From the human T2T-CHM13v2.0 reference genome, Homo sapiens, in assembly GCF_009914755.1 (NCBI RefSeq), contig NC_060938.1: a stretch of DNA of 64,000 bases; one strand, 5' to 3'. Under the pieces are notes generated by a model. It was given only the letters and a program-made list of their open reading frames with translations, was not told where the DNA came from and did no database searches. Below are positions 47,750 to 62,980 of this stretch, piece after piece; positions within the stretch are counted from its first letter, which is position 1; each line of letters opens with the position of its first letter. Both the position numbers and the translations under genes were made by a program.

Positions 47750-50700
47750 TCGAAAACATTTAAAATCTACTCTTAGTAATTTTGAAGTATACAACGCATT
47801 ATTTTTTATTGTAATCACCATTCTGTGCAATAGGCCACTGAAACTTATTCCTCCTAGCTGGGACCTTGAGCCACACATTCCATTTTTCTATCCACACCCT
47901 TCCCCCACCCTCTGGTAACTACCATTCTACTCTCTATATCTAGTTCAACCTTTAAAAATTCTACATATAAGTGAGATCACCCAGTGTTTATCTTTCTGTG
48001 CCTGGCTTCTTTAACCTACATAACATCCTCCAGGTTGATCCATTTTGTTACAAGTGACAGATTTTCCTTAGGTTTTAAGACTGAATAGTCTTCCATTGTA
48101 TACATATACTATATTTTCTTTATTTGTTCATTCAATGATAGACACCTACCTTGTTTCCATATATTATGTATCATGAATAATATTTCAATGAATATGGAAA
48201 TGCAGATACCTCTTCAGCATATGAATTTCAATTGCTCTTGGATATATACCCAGAAGTGGGATTGCTGGATCACATCATAATTCTCTTTTTGGTTCTTTTG
48301 AGAAACATCCATACTGTTTTTCATACTGACTGTGTTAATTTACATTTACGACAAAAGTGCGCAAGGATTTCTTTTTCTCCACACTCTTGGCAACATTTAT
48401 CTTTCCTCTTTTTGATGCTAGCCATAGGAACGGTTTGAGGTGACATTGTAGTTTTAATTTGCATTTCACTGATCATTAGTGATGATGAACATTTTTAAAA
48501 ATACAGATCTCTTGGCCATTTATGTGTCTTCTTTTAAGAAATGTCTATTTAGGTTCTTTGTCCATTTTTAAATTGGGTTTTTTTTTTTTGCTATTGAGTT
48601 GTTTGAGTTTCTTATATGTTTTGGCTATTAGCCGTTTGTCAGTTACGTGGTTTGCAAATATTTTTTCCTTCTCTGTGGGTTGTATCTTCACTGTATTGAT
48701 TGTTTCTTTTAAAGAGCAGAAGCTTTTTAGTTTGATGCAATCTCATTTGTTTATTTTGCTTTTGTTGTCTGTGCTTTTGGGGTCATGTACAAGAACTCTT
48801 TGCCTAGGCCAATGTCATGGAGCATTTTTTCTATGTTTTCTTCTAGTTCTTTTATAATTTCAGGTCTTATGCTTAAATATTTAATCCTTTGTGAGTTGGT
48901 TTTTGTAGATGGTATGTGATAAGGATCCAATTTTATTCTTCCATACGTGAATATCCAGTTTTCAAACACCACTTACTGAAGAGACTGTTTTTTTTTTTTT
49001 TCCACTGTATATTTGTGGCAACTTTGCCAAAAATCGAGCAATTGCAAATACATGGACTTATTGCTGGGCTTTCTATCCTGTTCTATTGGCCAATGTGTTT
49101 GTTTTTCTACTGTTTTCTTATTAGGCTTTTGTAATAGATTTTGAAGTCAGGTAGTCAGATGCTCTCAGCTTTTTGTGTTGGGTTTTGTTTTGCTCAAAAT
49201 TGGCTATTAGGGGTCTTCTATGGATGTTCCAATTTTTTTTTCACTTGCCATGAAAATGACATTGAGATTTTGATAATGATTGCATTGATACATAGATTGC
49301 TTTGGTACAGATTGTGTTGACCTGTAGGTCACATTGGATGTTTCAATAAGATTAATTCTTACAATCCATGAACCTGGAATTCATTTTCATTTATTTGTGT
49401 TGTCCACAATTTATTTCAATGAAGTTTTATAGTTTTCAGTTTACAGCTTCTTCACCCCCTTGGTTAAATTTACTCTTAACTATTTTTTCTATTGATGCCA
49501 TTGTAAATGCAATTTTTTTAAATTTCTTATTCAAGTAGTTTATTGTCAGTGTAAAGAACTGTTACTGATTTTGTGTTGGTTTTATCTACTGTTCCTTTAC
49601 TTAATTTGTTTATCAGTTCCAACTGATTTGGGGGAGGGTTCATATTATAAGTTTAGAGCATCAGTAAACAAAATTTTACTCATTTCTTTCTTATTGGGAT
49701 GACTTTTACTTCTTTTCTTTCTCTAGTTGTCCCCGCTAGAACTTTCAGTTCTGTATTGAGTGGCAAGAGTGAGTATCCTTGTCTTGTTCCTGATCTTAGA
49801 GGAAAAGCTTTCAACTTTTCACCATAGAGTATAATGTTATCTATGGGCTTTTCATATATGGCCTTTATTGTGTTAGGTACATTCATTTGATATCTAATAT
49901 GTTCACTTTTTATATGAAAGGATGTTGAATTTTTTCAAGTGCTTTTCCTGCATATATTAAGATTATCGTATTTTTTTTTCTTCATTCCATTAATATGTTG
50001 TATCATGTTTATTGATTGACTTATGTTGAACTATCTTTGCATCTCGGGGATAACTGCCACGTGATCATGGTGAATGATCCTTTTAATATACTGCTGAATT
50101 TAGTTTCGTTGTATTTTGTTGAGAATTTTTGCATCTATATTCTTCAAAGCTTTTGGCCTATAATTTTCTTTTAATGTGGTGCCAGTATCTGGCTTTGAAA
50201 TCAGGGTAATACTGGCCTTATGAAATGAATTTGGAAATATTTCCTTTTCTTTAATTTTTTAGAAGAGTTTGGGGAGAATTAGTATTCATTATTTAAATGT
50301 TTAGTAGAATTCTGGTGAAAGAACATCCAGTCCTGTGCTTTTATTTTGTGGGAGATTTTGTTATTAATAATTCAACCTTCTTAAACAGACTCATCAATGG
50401 TCTGTTCATGTTTGTTATTTCTTCTTATTTAGTCTGGGTAGGTTATATGTTTTTAGAAATTTATCTACCCATTTCTTCTAGGATATACAATTTTTGGAGA
50501 TATAGTATCTTTTGATCCTTTGTGTTTCTATGATAGTTGTAATATCTCTTCTTTATTTCAGATTTTATTTATGAGTCTTGTCTCTTTTTTTAAGTTAGTC
50601 TGGGTAAAATTTCATTGATTTTTTTTATCTTTTCAAAAAGCAACTTTTAATTTTACTGATCTATTGTTCTTCTAGTGTCTATTTATTTCTACTAAGATCT

Positions 50701-51550
50701 TTATTATTTACCTCATTCTAATGACTTTGGGCTTAGTTTGTTCTCTTTTTTTTCTAGAGCTTTGAAATGTAACATTGATTTACTTATTTAAGATCTTTCT
50801 TTTTTTTGAGTTAGGTATTCATTGCTGTAAATTTCCTTCTTCAAACTGTTTGTGCCACATCCCATGAGTTTTGGCAAGTTGTATTTTCATTTTTATTCAT
50901 CTCAACATATTTTTAATTTTTCCTTATAATATCCTTTAACTCATTTGTTGTTTTGGTGTAAGTATTTGTGAATTTTCCAAAATTTCCATGCATTTATCAT
51001 TTTTCCAAAATTCCTCCTGTTATGATTTCTAGTTTTATTCCATTGTGGTCATAAACGATACTTGGTTTGCTTCTTAAATTTGTTAAGACTTCTTTTGTGT
51101 TTTAATATATTATCTATACTGAAGAATGTTCCATGCATAGTTAAGACTATGTATTATGTAGATATTTGATGAAATATTCTATATATATCTGTTAAGTTCA
51201 TTTGTCCTAGAATATAATTTATGTCCAATGTTTTCATATTGATTTGCTGTTTGGATGATCTGTCCATTGCTGAAAGTGAGGTGGTGAAGTCCTCTACTAT
51301 TATTGCTTTGCAGTTTATCTTGCTGTTTAGATCTATTAATTTTTATTTTATATATTCAGGTGTATACATATTGAGGGCATACATATATTTAAAATTTACA
51401 GTTGTTATATCCTAGGCTTTGGGTTTCACCAGGGTTTTACAACCTCCTACTTGAATCCCAATGCTCCCACAAAGATACTTTTGCCCATAGGTGGGTGGAG
51501 AATTCTTGCTGTTGTTAGGATATGAGCTGGTGACCTCCTATTTTGCCTTT
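47585..51550 (-). mobile_element. L1MA-type LINE, ~4 kb, with ORF2 and an L1M-type 5' tip
   Basis: 3' UTR at 47585; ORF2 remnants (IYEKPIDNIILYGEKLKAFPLRSGTRQG); 'gacctcctattttgcc' 5'-end motif at ~51540. Confidence 0.88.
47709..47748 (+). repeat. (TG)n microsatellite
   Basis: Pure TG run of about 19-20 units. Confidence 0.95.
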
Positions 51551-51639
51551 GTGCCTATGTTATTTGGATGCTGTGTTAATGCATTCCTTACTGACTGCCT
51601 TCCTTTCCCTTCCCTGTTTCACTTCCTGACTACTAAATA

Positions 51640-51878
51640 CCCACTAAACATCTGCACGTTTCCCCCCACCCCCTACTACCCTTCCGAGCCTTCCTTAACC
51701 ATTCTTCTACTCTCTGTCTCCATGAGTTCAATTGTTTTGATTTTTAGATCTTTTAGATCTTTCGGTCTTTTAGATCTTTTAGGTCTTTCAAATGAATGAG
51801 GACATGCAATGTTTGTTTTTCTGTGCCTGGCTTATTTTACTTATCATAATGATCTCCACTTCCATCCATGTTGCCAGG
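51640..51878 (-). mobile_element. L1 3' UTR fragment
   Basis: 'ccattcttctactctctgtctccatgagttcaattg...tctgtgcctggcttattttactta'. Confidence 0.8.
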
Positions 51879-53334
51879 GATGACTTTCCAAATAAACTAC
51901 TTGCATTTGTGTATTTGCCACAGGGTTGGCTTCTGGAGGAAGCCAAACTAATAAAATTACTATTGGAACTAAACATAAGAAGCAAATTCCCAGGATAGAA
52001 CTCTGAAATTGAATCACCTCATTCACTGGCCAGAAGTCTATAAGAAGATAATTTTGTGATGAGTCATGGCATGCTGTTATAAAGCTATTAAAATGACTCA
52101 TAATTGTAAACACGAGTAAAGTAAGGAGCACTGGCTTTTGCAATGTCTCCTGTCTCCAGCATCTGTTAGATATAAGGGCAATGGTGATTTTAAGACAAAA
52201 AAAAATTAGCTGGTTGTTTATTGCTATTGAAGCACAGCCAGAAGAAAATAACAACTATGATGCAAAAGCCAGAAGACTCCCCTGGCCTTGTTTAAAGAAT
52301 TGTTCTTTGCAGCAGAGAACTGACTATATGGAAAATCACAGCTAGTTACTCACTTAAGGAAGTTGTGCTTCCCAACCCTTTATAATTCAGTTTTCCTGAA
52401 CTACTGGTCTTGTTGCTGGAGTAGAGAAGATGTTGCCTCTATTGTGGGGCACAAATATGATTCCACCAATCTCAATATGACTTTTACCTGATCAATTTGG
52501 ATACTTTATGGAAGCAGATAAGAAAACAAAGGAGTTACTATACCACCTAGGAAAAATTACCTTGGTTTTTAGGAAAAGATACAATCTCTGACATATAATA
52601 GGATTAAGAATGTGTATATCAGTAACTCAGGGGATTCATTAATGTGCTTTGAATAGATCCATGCCTGGTGATAACTGTAGGTAGAATATTGTGGTAGCCA
52701 TGGCTTGACAAGAGTAGAGTAGCCAGGAGCCCAAACTCCTCAGGGATGTAGATTTGAGTTACTCCACTGGACAAGCAACCTAAAGCAACAAAAATGCTTG
52801 TGAAGGGTGAGAAGAATCTAGAATGGATAATAGAGAAGACAGATGATTTACATCATATGTGACCTTGATAACAACTGCAGCAGTGTGAATGTAGCTTGTT
52901 ACGTGAACCCTCCAGACAGAGTCAATTTTTTATAAAGAAATTGTGGTTAGCCACTACCTTGAATAATCAATGGCAGGATGAAATAAAGTTAATGTGGGGC
53001 ATGGATGAACTAGGTGCTGCAAGTGCCTTCATCATTTCCATATACATTGGCCCATCATCCCAATGTCAGCCCCTGCCTTAATTTGTCTGGGGGCTTTTAC
53101 TTACCTTGGGAACCTAATCTGTTGACCACAGGTCAGGCTATAAGGGAGTATTTAACATATACTTTTGATACAGAAGCAACTCTCAACCTAAGACTTCTGG
53201 GTTGGTAGATAAATACACTAGAACCTTAACTCATCCTTGGATGGGAAATGCTAAAAGGTATGCTCTATGCTGACTTCTAGAGTTCTCCAGTGAAATTGAA
53301 AATGAGTTGCCTGTAGTGATAATTAATTTAGCCA

Positions 53335-53700
53335 TTGTGCAAGGTAGAATAGTGACCTCCCCAAACACACACATCAAAGATGTCCACATCCTAAAATGTT
53401 AATGTACTCAATGTAGGATACAGAATTGCATCCATCTTCTACTATTGCTGTAACAAATTACCACGCATTTTGTGGCTTAACACATAACAAATTTATTATG
53501 TTAAATTTCTGGAGGATTAAAGTCCAAAATGTATCTCACATTGGTCTAAAATCAAGGTGTCAGCAAGGGTGCATTCCCTGTGGAGGCACTAGTGAAAAAT
53601 CCATTTTCTCACCTTTTCTAGTTTCTAAAGACTGCCTGTATTCCGTGGCTCATGTCCCTCTTTCAACAATCACATCCTGCTAATGTCTTTTCTTTTAATC
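53335..53700. mobile_element. MLT1 MaLR LTR fragments
   Basis: 'aaagatgtccacatcctaa'; 'gctgtaacaaattaccac...aaatcaaggtgtcagcaagg'. Confidence 0.7.
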
Positions 53701-54852
53701 TCAGCTTTTATAGCCATTTGCTCCAAGTATACATTGTTAAATGGAATCCATCTAAGTTTTTTTTTAAACAAAGAAAAATCGTATTATTATGAGGACCAGT
53801 ATTGTTTTTAATTGCCTATTAAATTTGTTATCCAGTACTGCTTTTGTCTCTCATTATTATGGCTACTTGACAATATAAACATTTTTTTCAGTTGAAATAA
53901 AGTCAGTGAATTTATAAGGCCCTTGTCTCAGTAATCACCCTTTTGGCAGATGGCTTAAATGACTTGATATACATTTGAGAAATTAAGGCAAATCTGTTTC
54001 AGATTGGTGGTTTTGTTGGCATTGTACATTAAATAGCCCAGGGGTTTAGTAGAGGTCGTAAAATTCTCTGGAACCCTTAAAGTGAAAACAAAAATGTCAT
54101 TTTATATATATTTAGCCAATTTAATGTAGGCTTTCAGAATTCAGGTGTAATCTTCCAAATTTATGTCTTCTATCTTTTATTTACTAATCAGTAATGACAT
54201 GTAAAGACTTTTCTTATTGTTCATGCAACCTACACTTAATTTTACAACTGAAGATGACAAATCAAAGTTGTTGCTGTGGCAGTGTTATAATAACAGAGAA
54301 CACCTTTTTTTTTTTTTTACTTTGTGCAAGACAAGGTTGAGTAATTAATTTGCACTATATTATTTTGTGGAGGTAAATGTGAGAAAGCCCATATGCATTA
54401 GAAAACCTTTTATGACTTTTCATTCCTATCACTGCACCACTTCATAAAGCTCACCTACAAAGTTATCATCATACAGATTTTACTACCAAAACCATGGAAA
54501 AACAGACTTGGCCTAAGTTTATCTATCCATTGGTTATGATGACCATGAGCATTAGATGTGAGCATTGAAGACTGGGGATCTCAAGAATGAAGCAGAGGCA
54601 TGAAATAGGAAGGAAAGTAGTGCAATAAGAAGAAGTGTTTTACTTTGGGTGTACCATATCTTCTTGTCTTTGAGGAACCTGCTTCAAGAGGCAATTATAG
54701 TGAATGGAAATCACACTGGAGCAGTTATCAGGGCCTATACTCCCAGAGAAAATTATGTTTCTACTCTATTTGTTACTTCCTTCATCCATAAATGAGTTTG
54801 TATTATGTAATTGGCCATTTTTCTCTCTCAGCAATAAGAAGGTACTTTCTCT

Positions 54853-55548
54853 GGTAAGGGCAAATACAAATTAAAATCAAAGGTTTCATTCTCCCTGTTG
54901 AAAACCAGGAAAGAGACTACTAACACTTTTCTTAGAGCTTGGACTTTAAAAGACTAGGAAGGTCCCTTGCTTGTCTTTGTGAAATGTATGCAACTCTTTT
55001 TGAGAGTTAAATAAGTCTCTAGAAAGCTTTAGGACCCAAGACTGCCTTTCTCAAGTGCCTGGAGCCTTCTTTTTGAAATGTAACCGTCAAGAAATACAGT
55101 ACCTCATATTCAGTCTCTATGGGATAGTAAGAATGTAACTTTGGTGGTCCTGTTGCTCTAAATTGAAAAGCTACCTTTTGTCATAAAGATATAAGAAATA
55201 AATTTTTCCTTTTGTCGAAGCCAATTAGCTAGCACAGACGGTCGCTCAAAGGTCAAGTGAGTTTAGTTTAAACTATGTGCAACAAACGGTGTTGTCAAGT
55301 CCTCTTACTTGAGGATTACTGTTCATCTTGAGAAGATGTATGTAATGGGTTTTATCTGTTTGGCTATATAAAAGGATGACATTTCTTTCTGTCTTTACAA
55401 TCTCTTAGCAGATTGCCTCTTATGTGCATCATATTCTGTTTTTAATGGTTATTCAGTAACAAAACTGCGTCATTTCTCTTCCTACCTTCATGGAGAGGTT
55501 TTCTGGGTTGTGATAAGGTTTCTGTTTTAAGTTATATTTTCCCCAAAA
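54853..55548 (+). mobile_element. ERV1 (MER4-group, MER67/MER89-like) solo LTR
   Basis: LTR-like layout with TATA 'ctatataaaagg' (~55365) and end 'gttatattttccccaaaa'; subfamily uncertain. Confidence 0.65.
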
Positions 55549-56832
55549 CGCAGATTTATCTTCCAATCATTTAAAAACCATCAAGATGACCAAAGTATAC
55601 TGTCCTTCGTAGAGAATTTTGAAAGTTATTAGATAAAATCTACAGATAATCATATCTTTTATTCTTTGTTAGAACAGAAGGAAGTCAAGGGGAAAGAGCC
55701 GTAATCTTTCCCACATCTTTTCTATTATATTGTCCTCTAGCTTCCCTATAAAAGATGTTATATCTTCACTTTTGCTCTCATTCCCTCTCTTTAGCACAGC
55801 CTAGGAAAGTCATTGTACAAGGTAAAAGCAATACATGTAAATTGTTTTTTGAAAATGTACTCATTGGTTACCAAATTCTTTCTTTCTGGTCCATACAACC
55901 TAGATCTGCAGGTCACAATGTCACTTTTGGGGAAAGAAATAATTTATAATGTATGTTTTATGTATTTTATTAATAAAATAAGCACACTACGATAATTTAT
56001 ATTGCAAAACGTTAAAAATTTAAGCCAAGTATTTGTTACAGCTTCTTACATACAATTTATGAAAGAAACAAAGGTTAGAACATCAAGGGATAGTGCAAGA
56101 CTGCCCAGCAAGGCTGTGCATATGAAAATTCTACCTTAAAAATAACTCCACAGCACAAGAGGTAATTATGAATATGCCAGGCAATTAATTATCTCTGCTT
56201 GACAAATTTAACACATGTAGGAAAGCAGGCAATACTATCAAACTTTAAGTTTGTTGGGATCACGTCATAAGTGAGGTATTATTTTTATAATTCTTTGAAA
56301 TATTTTTTGAGTTTTTGATAATAGCTTATAGGATATTTAGAATAAATCATTTTTATAATCATTTGTGAAATTATGATTTATTAATCATACCTGAGATACC
56401 ATAGCCCTCTCCTAGTTTGGGTCACCTTGAAGGTTACATTGGTTTTGGCTGAATAAACCTATGAGAACCACAGATGCTACAGTTACATTAGCTGTGTTTC
56501 TTCAACTTAATTTGCTTTTTAAATCCACAAAATGCTTTCAGCTGGTTGTTGCAACCTTATTCTCTCTATAATTAGAATGTTACTAGCCTTAAAAGATATA
56601 TCTGAAGAGAGCTAGTGTTTTTTTTTTTTTTCCTGAAACTTTAAGCATACCAGCCTTGACAAATTTTCTCTGAGATTTTTCTCTAGAGACTTAGAATCTG
56701 TGGCTTTTAAAAGATTTAAATTAGGCACAGGGCACCAGCAGCAGTAGCACTGCAAGATTTTGCCTATTCTCAGTCTTTAACTAATTGCCCCATTTAAATG
56801 GCAGCCAGCTTCTAAAAAATAATCAATAGTTG

Positions 56833-57370
56833 TGTTACAGGAAAGGGGTCCCAATCCACATCCCGAGAGTTCTTGGATCTCATGCAAGAAAGAATTCAGA
56901 GCTAGTCCGCAGTGCTAAGTGAAAGCAAGTTTATTAAGAAAGTAAAGGAATAAAGTAATGGCTACTCCCAAGGGCAGGGTGCTGGTTGCTAATTTTTATG
57001 GTTATTTCTTGATGATATGCTAAACAAGGGGTGAATTATTCATGTCTCCCCTTTTTAGACAGTATAGGGAAACTACTTGACATTGCCATGTCATTTGTAA
57101 TCTGTTATGGTACTGGTGGGACTGTAGCAGTGAGGACGACCAGAGGTCACTCTTGTGGTCATTTTGGTTTTGGTGGTTTTTGGCTGCCTCCTTCACTGCA
57201 ACCTGTTTTATCAGCAAGGTCTTCACGACCTGTATTTTGTGCTGACCTCCTATTTCATCCTGTGACTTAGAATGCCTTAACCATCTCAGAATGCAGCCCA
57301 GTAGGTTTCAGCCTCATTTTACCCAACTCCTATTTAAGATGGAGTTGCTGTGGTTCACATGCCTCTGACA
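56833..57370 (-). mobile_element. MER41A solo LTR
   Basis: TG...CA ends ('tgttacaggaaagggg' / 'gcctctgaca'); TSD gttg at 56829-56832 and 57371-57374. Confidence 0.9.
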
Positions 57371-57926
57371 GTTGTTTTGCTCAGACGTTGGTTGAATTGT
57401 AAAAACTTTACTTTGTATATCACTGTGCCGTTCAACAAAAGATGATATTCTTTTAACCACTTTTTTTTTTTTTTCAAAACTCTAATTGTACAGCCTGCCA
57501 AGTCTGGTGATATTTGGTCTCAAACAAATATCATATTTAATCATCTTCTGTAATCAACTTAATGGTTTCAAGAAACAAAACAGCTGCCTTGCAGGATTTC
57601 TAAATGCCAGGCATGCATGTCTCACCGTCAATAACACATTATTGCTTTGAATGGGAGCGAAATTCAAGACAATTGATGCCTCAGCTGCTGAAGAAGCAGA
57701 GGAAACATCAGGTGATAGAAAGTTGCTTGCTCAGTAAAATTACTCTATGATGAGGGGTTCAACCATGAGAAATTCACTCTAGTAGTCCTGCCTCAGTGTA
57801 CTAAACAATGCTGTGTGATGACTGATTTCAGATGAAACAGATTTAAAAGGCTTTGGATTGCAGATCTTCTAAGTTTACATTTTTATTGTACTGGATGTCT
57901 AATCCTGTAATGCTGATTTGTATCTC

Positions 57927-58790
<864 letters not shown>

Positions 58791-60357
58791 TGTTTCATTA
58801 TATACTTATTAGTAGGTTTATAAGCAAAAAAATTTGGTTGCCTAAACACATCTAATTATTATTCTTTAATAGAGATTTCTCACACCTTATACCAAAATAA
58901 TTTCTTATGTGATTTTTTGACTCTACATCTCTTTTATATAGCTACAGATATTATGTTAAGCCTGAATTGAAGAACTGAATTTCAAATGCCAGAAAAGAAA
59001 TATGAATGATATAAACTACCTTTAAACTAATAAAAGTTTTACAGATGAAATGCAATTTGGCAGGTGTTTTGCTAATCTTTTTCTCCTTTGTTGAATGTGA
59101 GATACACTAAGACATTTGGTCATTGGATCAACTATGAATTTTTATGGGTCTCAATAATTGTTTATGTGATTTTTAGGTAGTTAAAACTCTTAGTGGTGTT
59201 TGAAGAATAGGACCTTGCTTGTTTTTAAATTTGTTCTTTCCACAGATTCAATGTATTATATAATTTTAAAGTTCTTAAGATCGGAAAGGCATTTTACAAA
59301 CCTTAGGATAACAAATAGGGAGGCTCTAGAATATTAGTTTTAAAATACTCTTTAAGAAATTCACCTTAACACACTTATTTTCATTTTTAAATACAATCTT
59401 CTAATATGCACACATATGTATCACTTTTTAATTGATATTAAAATAATATTGACTATGATTTATATATTAGAAAATACATGATTATATTTTAATGTATATT
59501 TATATTTCATCTAGTTGGACTACTCTTTAAAGTTTCATTCTAAGAAAGATTAAGAAAGCCTACTTGCTTCTCAGTGTGAAGTAAACTTATGGCGTACATA
59601 GTGCAGGAATTAAAGTCCCTTGGATTTGTAGTCTCTTTCTTAAATCCAAGTTTGGTCTCTACCTTCCTTTCCATTCTTCTTTTGAACAACGTTAACTTAA
59701 GCCATCTTTACAAATCTTTTTTTTTTTTAATTCTGTTTTACATGGTGGAACTTTTTAATAGTTAGATAAGATAGGCTAAATTAAAGTCGGGGAAAAAAAT
59801 CTAAACATCCCAATAGTGTTACACAAAAAGATGTATTTATCTTTTATATTACAGTGTCACACACAGTGTCACTAGGGGAGCTCTATTTATTTCAAGCCCT
59901 CAATGCCCCAGGCTGACAGAGCACGACCATATACAGCTTTGCTGATTGTCCTGACAAAGAGAAGTGAGAACTCTGGATGATCTCATGTTGATAATTAAAT
60001 ACTCAGCATAGATATATGTCATGTCTCCTTATTGGCTTATATGAGTTAAAAAGTTCAGTTCTATCACCAGAAAGACAGCAAGTATAAATCTACCATATTC
60101 CTCAAAACCTTTGGTTAATGATATTAATAATGACCATAGGGAAAAAAAAGGTTAAAACAATGCAGTGGTAAATTTTCAATGTTTTAATTTCATAAATGTA
60201 AATCATAGAGTTAATTCCACAGACATGTATTGAATATATGTAACACTCCAAGTAGAATGTTAAATATTGTCTAATGTAAATGAATAAGACATTACTCCTC
60301 AGATTACCCACAGTATGATAGCATGGACACACTGAAAACAGTACTTTTAAAATGGTA

Positions 60358-61069
60358 TTTGAGTAGGTAGCTAGTCAGGCATGAGCAGGGCAGGAAAGGG
60401 CTACCCCCACCCTACCCCACCAGAAATGTCAGGTGACTATCAGGCAGTGGTCTAGCAGTTGTTACACTGCCTCTCTAAAATAATAATTGGTCACAGCTGG
60501 TGCAGAGAAAGGCGGTCCCCCAATAGATAGAAATACCTGAAACTGGTGATCAGGGGCTTCCCAATAAGATCTCAAGAGCTGGGCAAGTGGGCTCAAGCAT
60601 GCGCATTAAGAAGCAAAATGGCAGAGTTTAACTGGTATATGACTTTCCAGGGACATTCGACTGCTAAGGGAAGAACGCCACAAGTGAGCATGCATACAAC
60701 TCCAGTGAACAGGCCGTGCAGGCTCACTTTCCAAGTGCTAGCAGGCCACTGTGCATGTGGACAGCCCACCCCAAGGGAAAAATCGGGGAGAAGGGATGCA
60801 AGACCCCAGAAGTGTGCCAACATATAAACCCCAAGTCAAAAAATGAAACTGCACACTTGATGTCTCAAGCCACCCGTCAGCCCGTCAGCCCTCTTCCAAT
60901 TGTACTTTACTTTCATTCCCGCTCTAAAGCCTTCTAATAAGCTTTCACTCCTGTTCTAAAACTTGCCTGGTTCTCTTCTTCTGCTTTACGCCCCCTGGTC
61001 AAATTCTTTCTTCTGAAGAGGCAAGAATGGAAGTTGTTGCAGACCCATGTGGATTTACTGCCAGTAACA
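60358..61069 (+). mobile_element. MER50-like ERV1 solo LTR
   Basis: 'gagtaggtagctagtcaggcatgagcagggcagg', 'cataTAAAccc', AATAA signal, end 'ccagtaaca'. Confidence 0.8.
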
Positions 61070-61533
61070 GTAACTGTGTGGCAAAGCTGTGCAGAATGAA
61101 TAATGGGAGCAAAGAGGAGGGAAACACTAATTCTGGCTAGAAGCAAAGATGGTTCTCCAGTTATTCTAGAAATCTTTCACTTCAAAGATGAGTTGTATTA
61201 TTACTCTTTAAAAAGTGCCATATTTTAAAAAGCAGTCCTCACAATTTACAAAATAGTAATCTTGTAAAATTTAAGTTCTATTTTTAAAACATTTTCACAA
61301 ACCTGTTGATACTATTTGTTGTCTCAATTTCAATGACATATTAAGAAACTTCTATTCAATTTATTATTAAAGATACAAAAATTGCAGCATGCCAAATTAT
61401 ATGTTACAGTTTAAAAACACAAATTTAAAAGACATCACTGGGCACAAAACATATACACTTTAAAAAGGAGTGAAAAATATAAATTGATAATGTAACTGAG
61501 GACCCCAATTTTTCTGAAATAGTTTATTTTTTA

Positions 61534-61943
<410 letters not shown>

Positions 61944-62378
61944 TCACCTCTCCCTCAACAGACTTTCCTCCCACAGGGCTAGTTCACCTATATGTTCCGA
62001 GAAGGATACCTCTTGACAGTTGATGTGCAGACCAAAACGTGCCCCCAGAGAACTCACCTCCACAGGGTCACTTTAGAAGAACATGTGGAAAGCATGCCCA
62101 CTTGGCCACTTTTACAACCTACCTCTGCCCAGAAAGGTACCAACTCAACTACCCAGTAGATAAGGCACCAAACTAGCAGGGGCACCCCGTCTTTGGCCAT
62201 TTCCTCCCCTACCTTAATAGAAAAATGCCAATTTTCTGCTCCAAAATTGAAGTGGCATATTTAAAGACAAGATGCTTTGTGTCCCTTACCCCAAACTAGC
62301 TTTGGAATACATTCACTTTTTTTTTTTGTAACAGATCTTGCTCTTGTTAATTGGACTCTGCCTGTAGTGAGCAGCTAA

Positions 62379-62410
<32 letters not shown>

Positions 62411-62687
62411 GTTGTTTTTTTTTTTTTTTGACAGAGTCTCACTCTGTCACCAGGCTGGAGTGCAGGGCGACCTTTGCTTCCCAGGTTCACGCCATTCTCC
62501 TGCCTCAGCCTCCTGAGTAGCTGGGACTACAGGCGCCCACCACCATGCCTGGCTAATTTTTTGTATTTTTAGTAGAGACGGGGTTTCACGATATTAGTCA
62601 GGATGGTCTCGATCTCCTGACCTCTTGATCCACCTGCCTCGGCTTCCCAAAGTGCTGGGATTACAGGCATGAGCCACCGCGCCCAGC
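62379..62687 (-). mobile_element. Alu (Sc/Y-like) with internal deletion and (TG)n at the tail
   Basis: Reverse Alu; flanks ctaatgtg / ctaacgtg. Confidence 0.94.
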
Positions 62688-62709
62688 CTAACGTGCTTTT
62701 TAGTTACAA

Positions 62710-62980
62710 TGATACTTCACAATCACCAATTGCCAGGCACTGTAATAGAAGACTCTTCCCCGACTACTGCCCCCAGTCATGTGCATCATATTTAAAACAG
62801 CCCTTTGAAGTAAACACATTTTTTTCTTACACCCCCTTTCACAGATAAGGCAGTTGGAATTCAGAGAGCCTAAGTGACATGTATGAGATTTCCCTACCTT
62901 TATATCATAGAGTGGCTTTTTGAAACAACCTCTGACATCAAAACATATTCTGAACTCTTACTCTACTATGTATCACAAAA
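62710..62980 (-). mobile_element. MIR SINE, degenerate
   Basis: 'tgccaggcactgt', 'tttcacagataag...cagagagcctaagtgac'. Confidence 0.6.

Larger units (their letters stand above)
47290..53335 (+). mobile_element. Degenerate ERVL-class element (LTR16/LTR33-like LTRs plus HERV16-like internal, ~51955-52990), 5' LTR split by L1s
   Basis: LTR pieces at ~47290-47583, ~51575-51635 and ~51880-51955 ('ccaaataaactacttgca'); similar LTR sequence at ~53230-53330 ('agagttctccagtgaaattgaa'). Confidence 0.55.
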
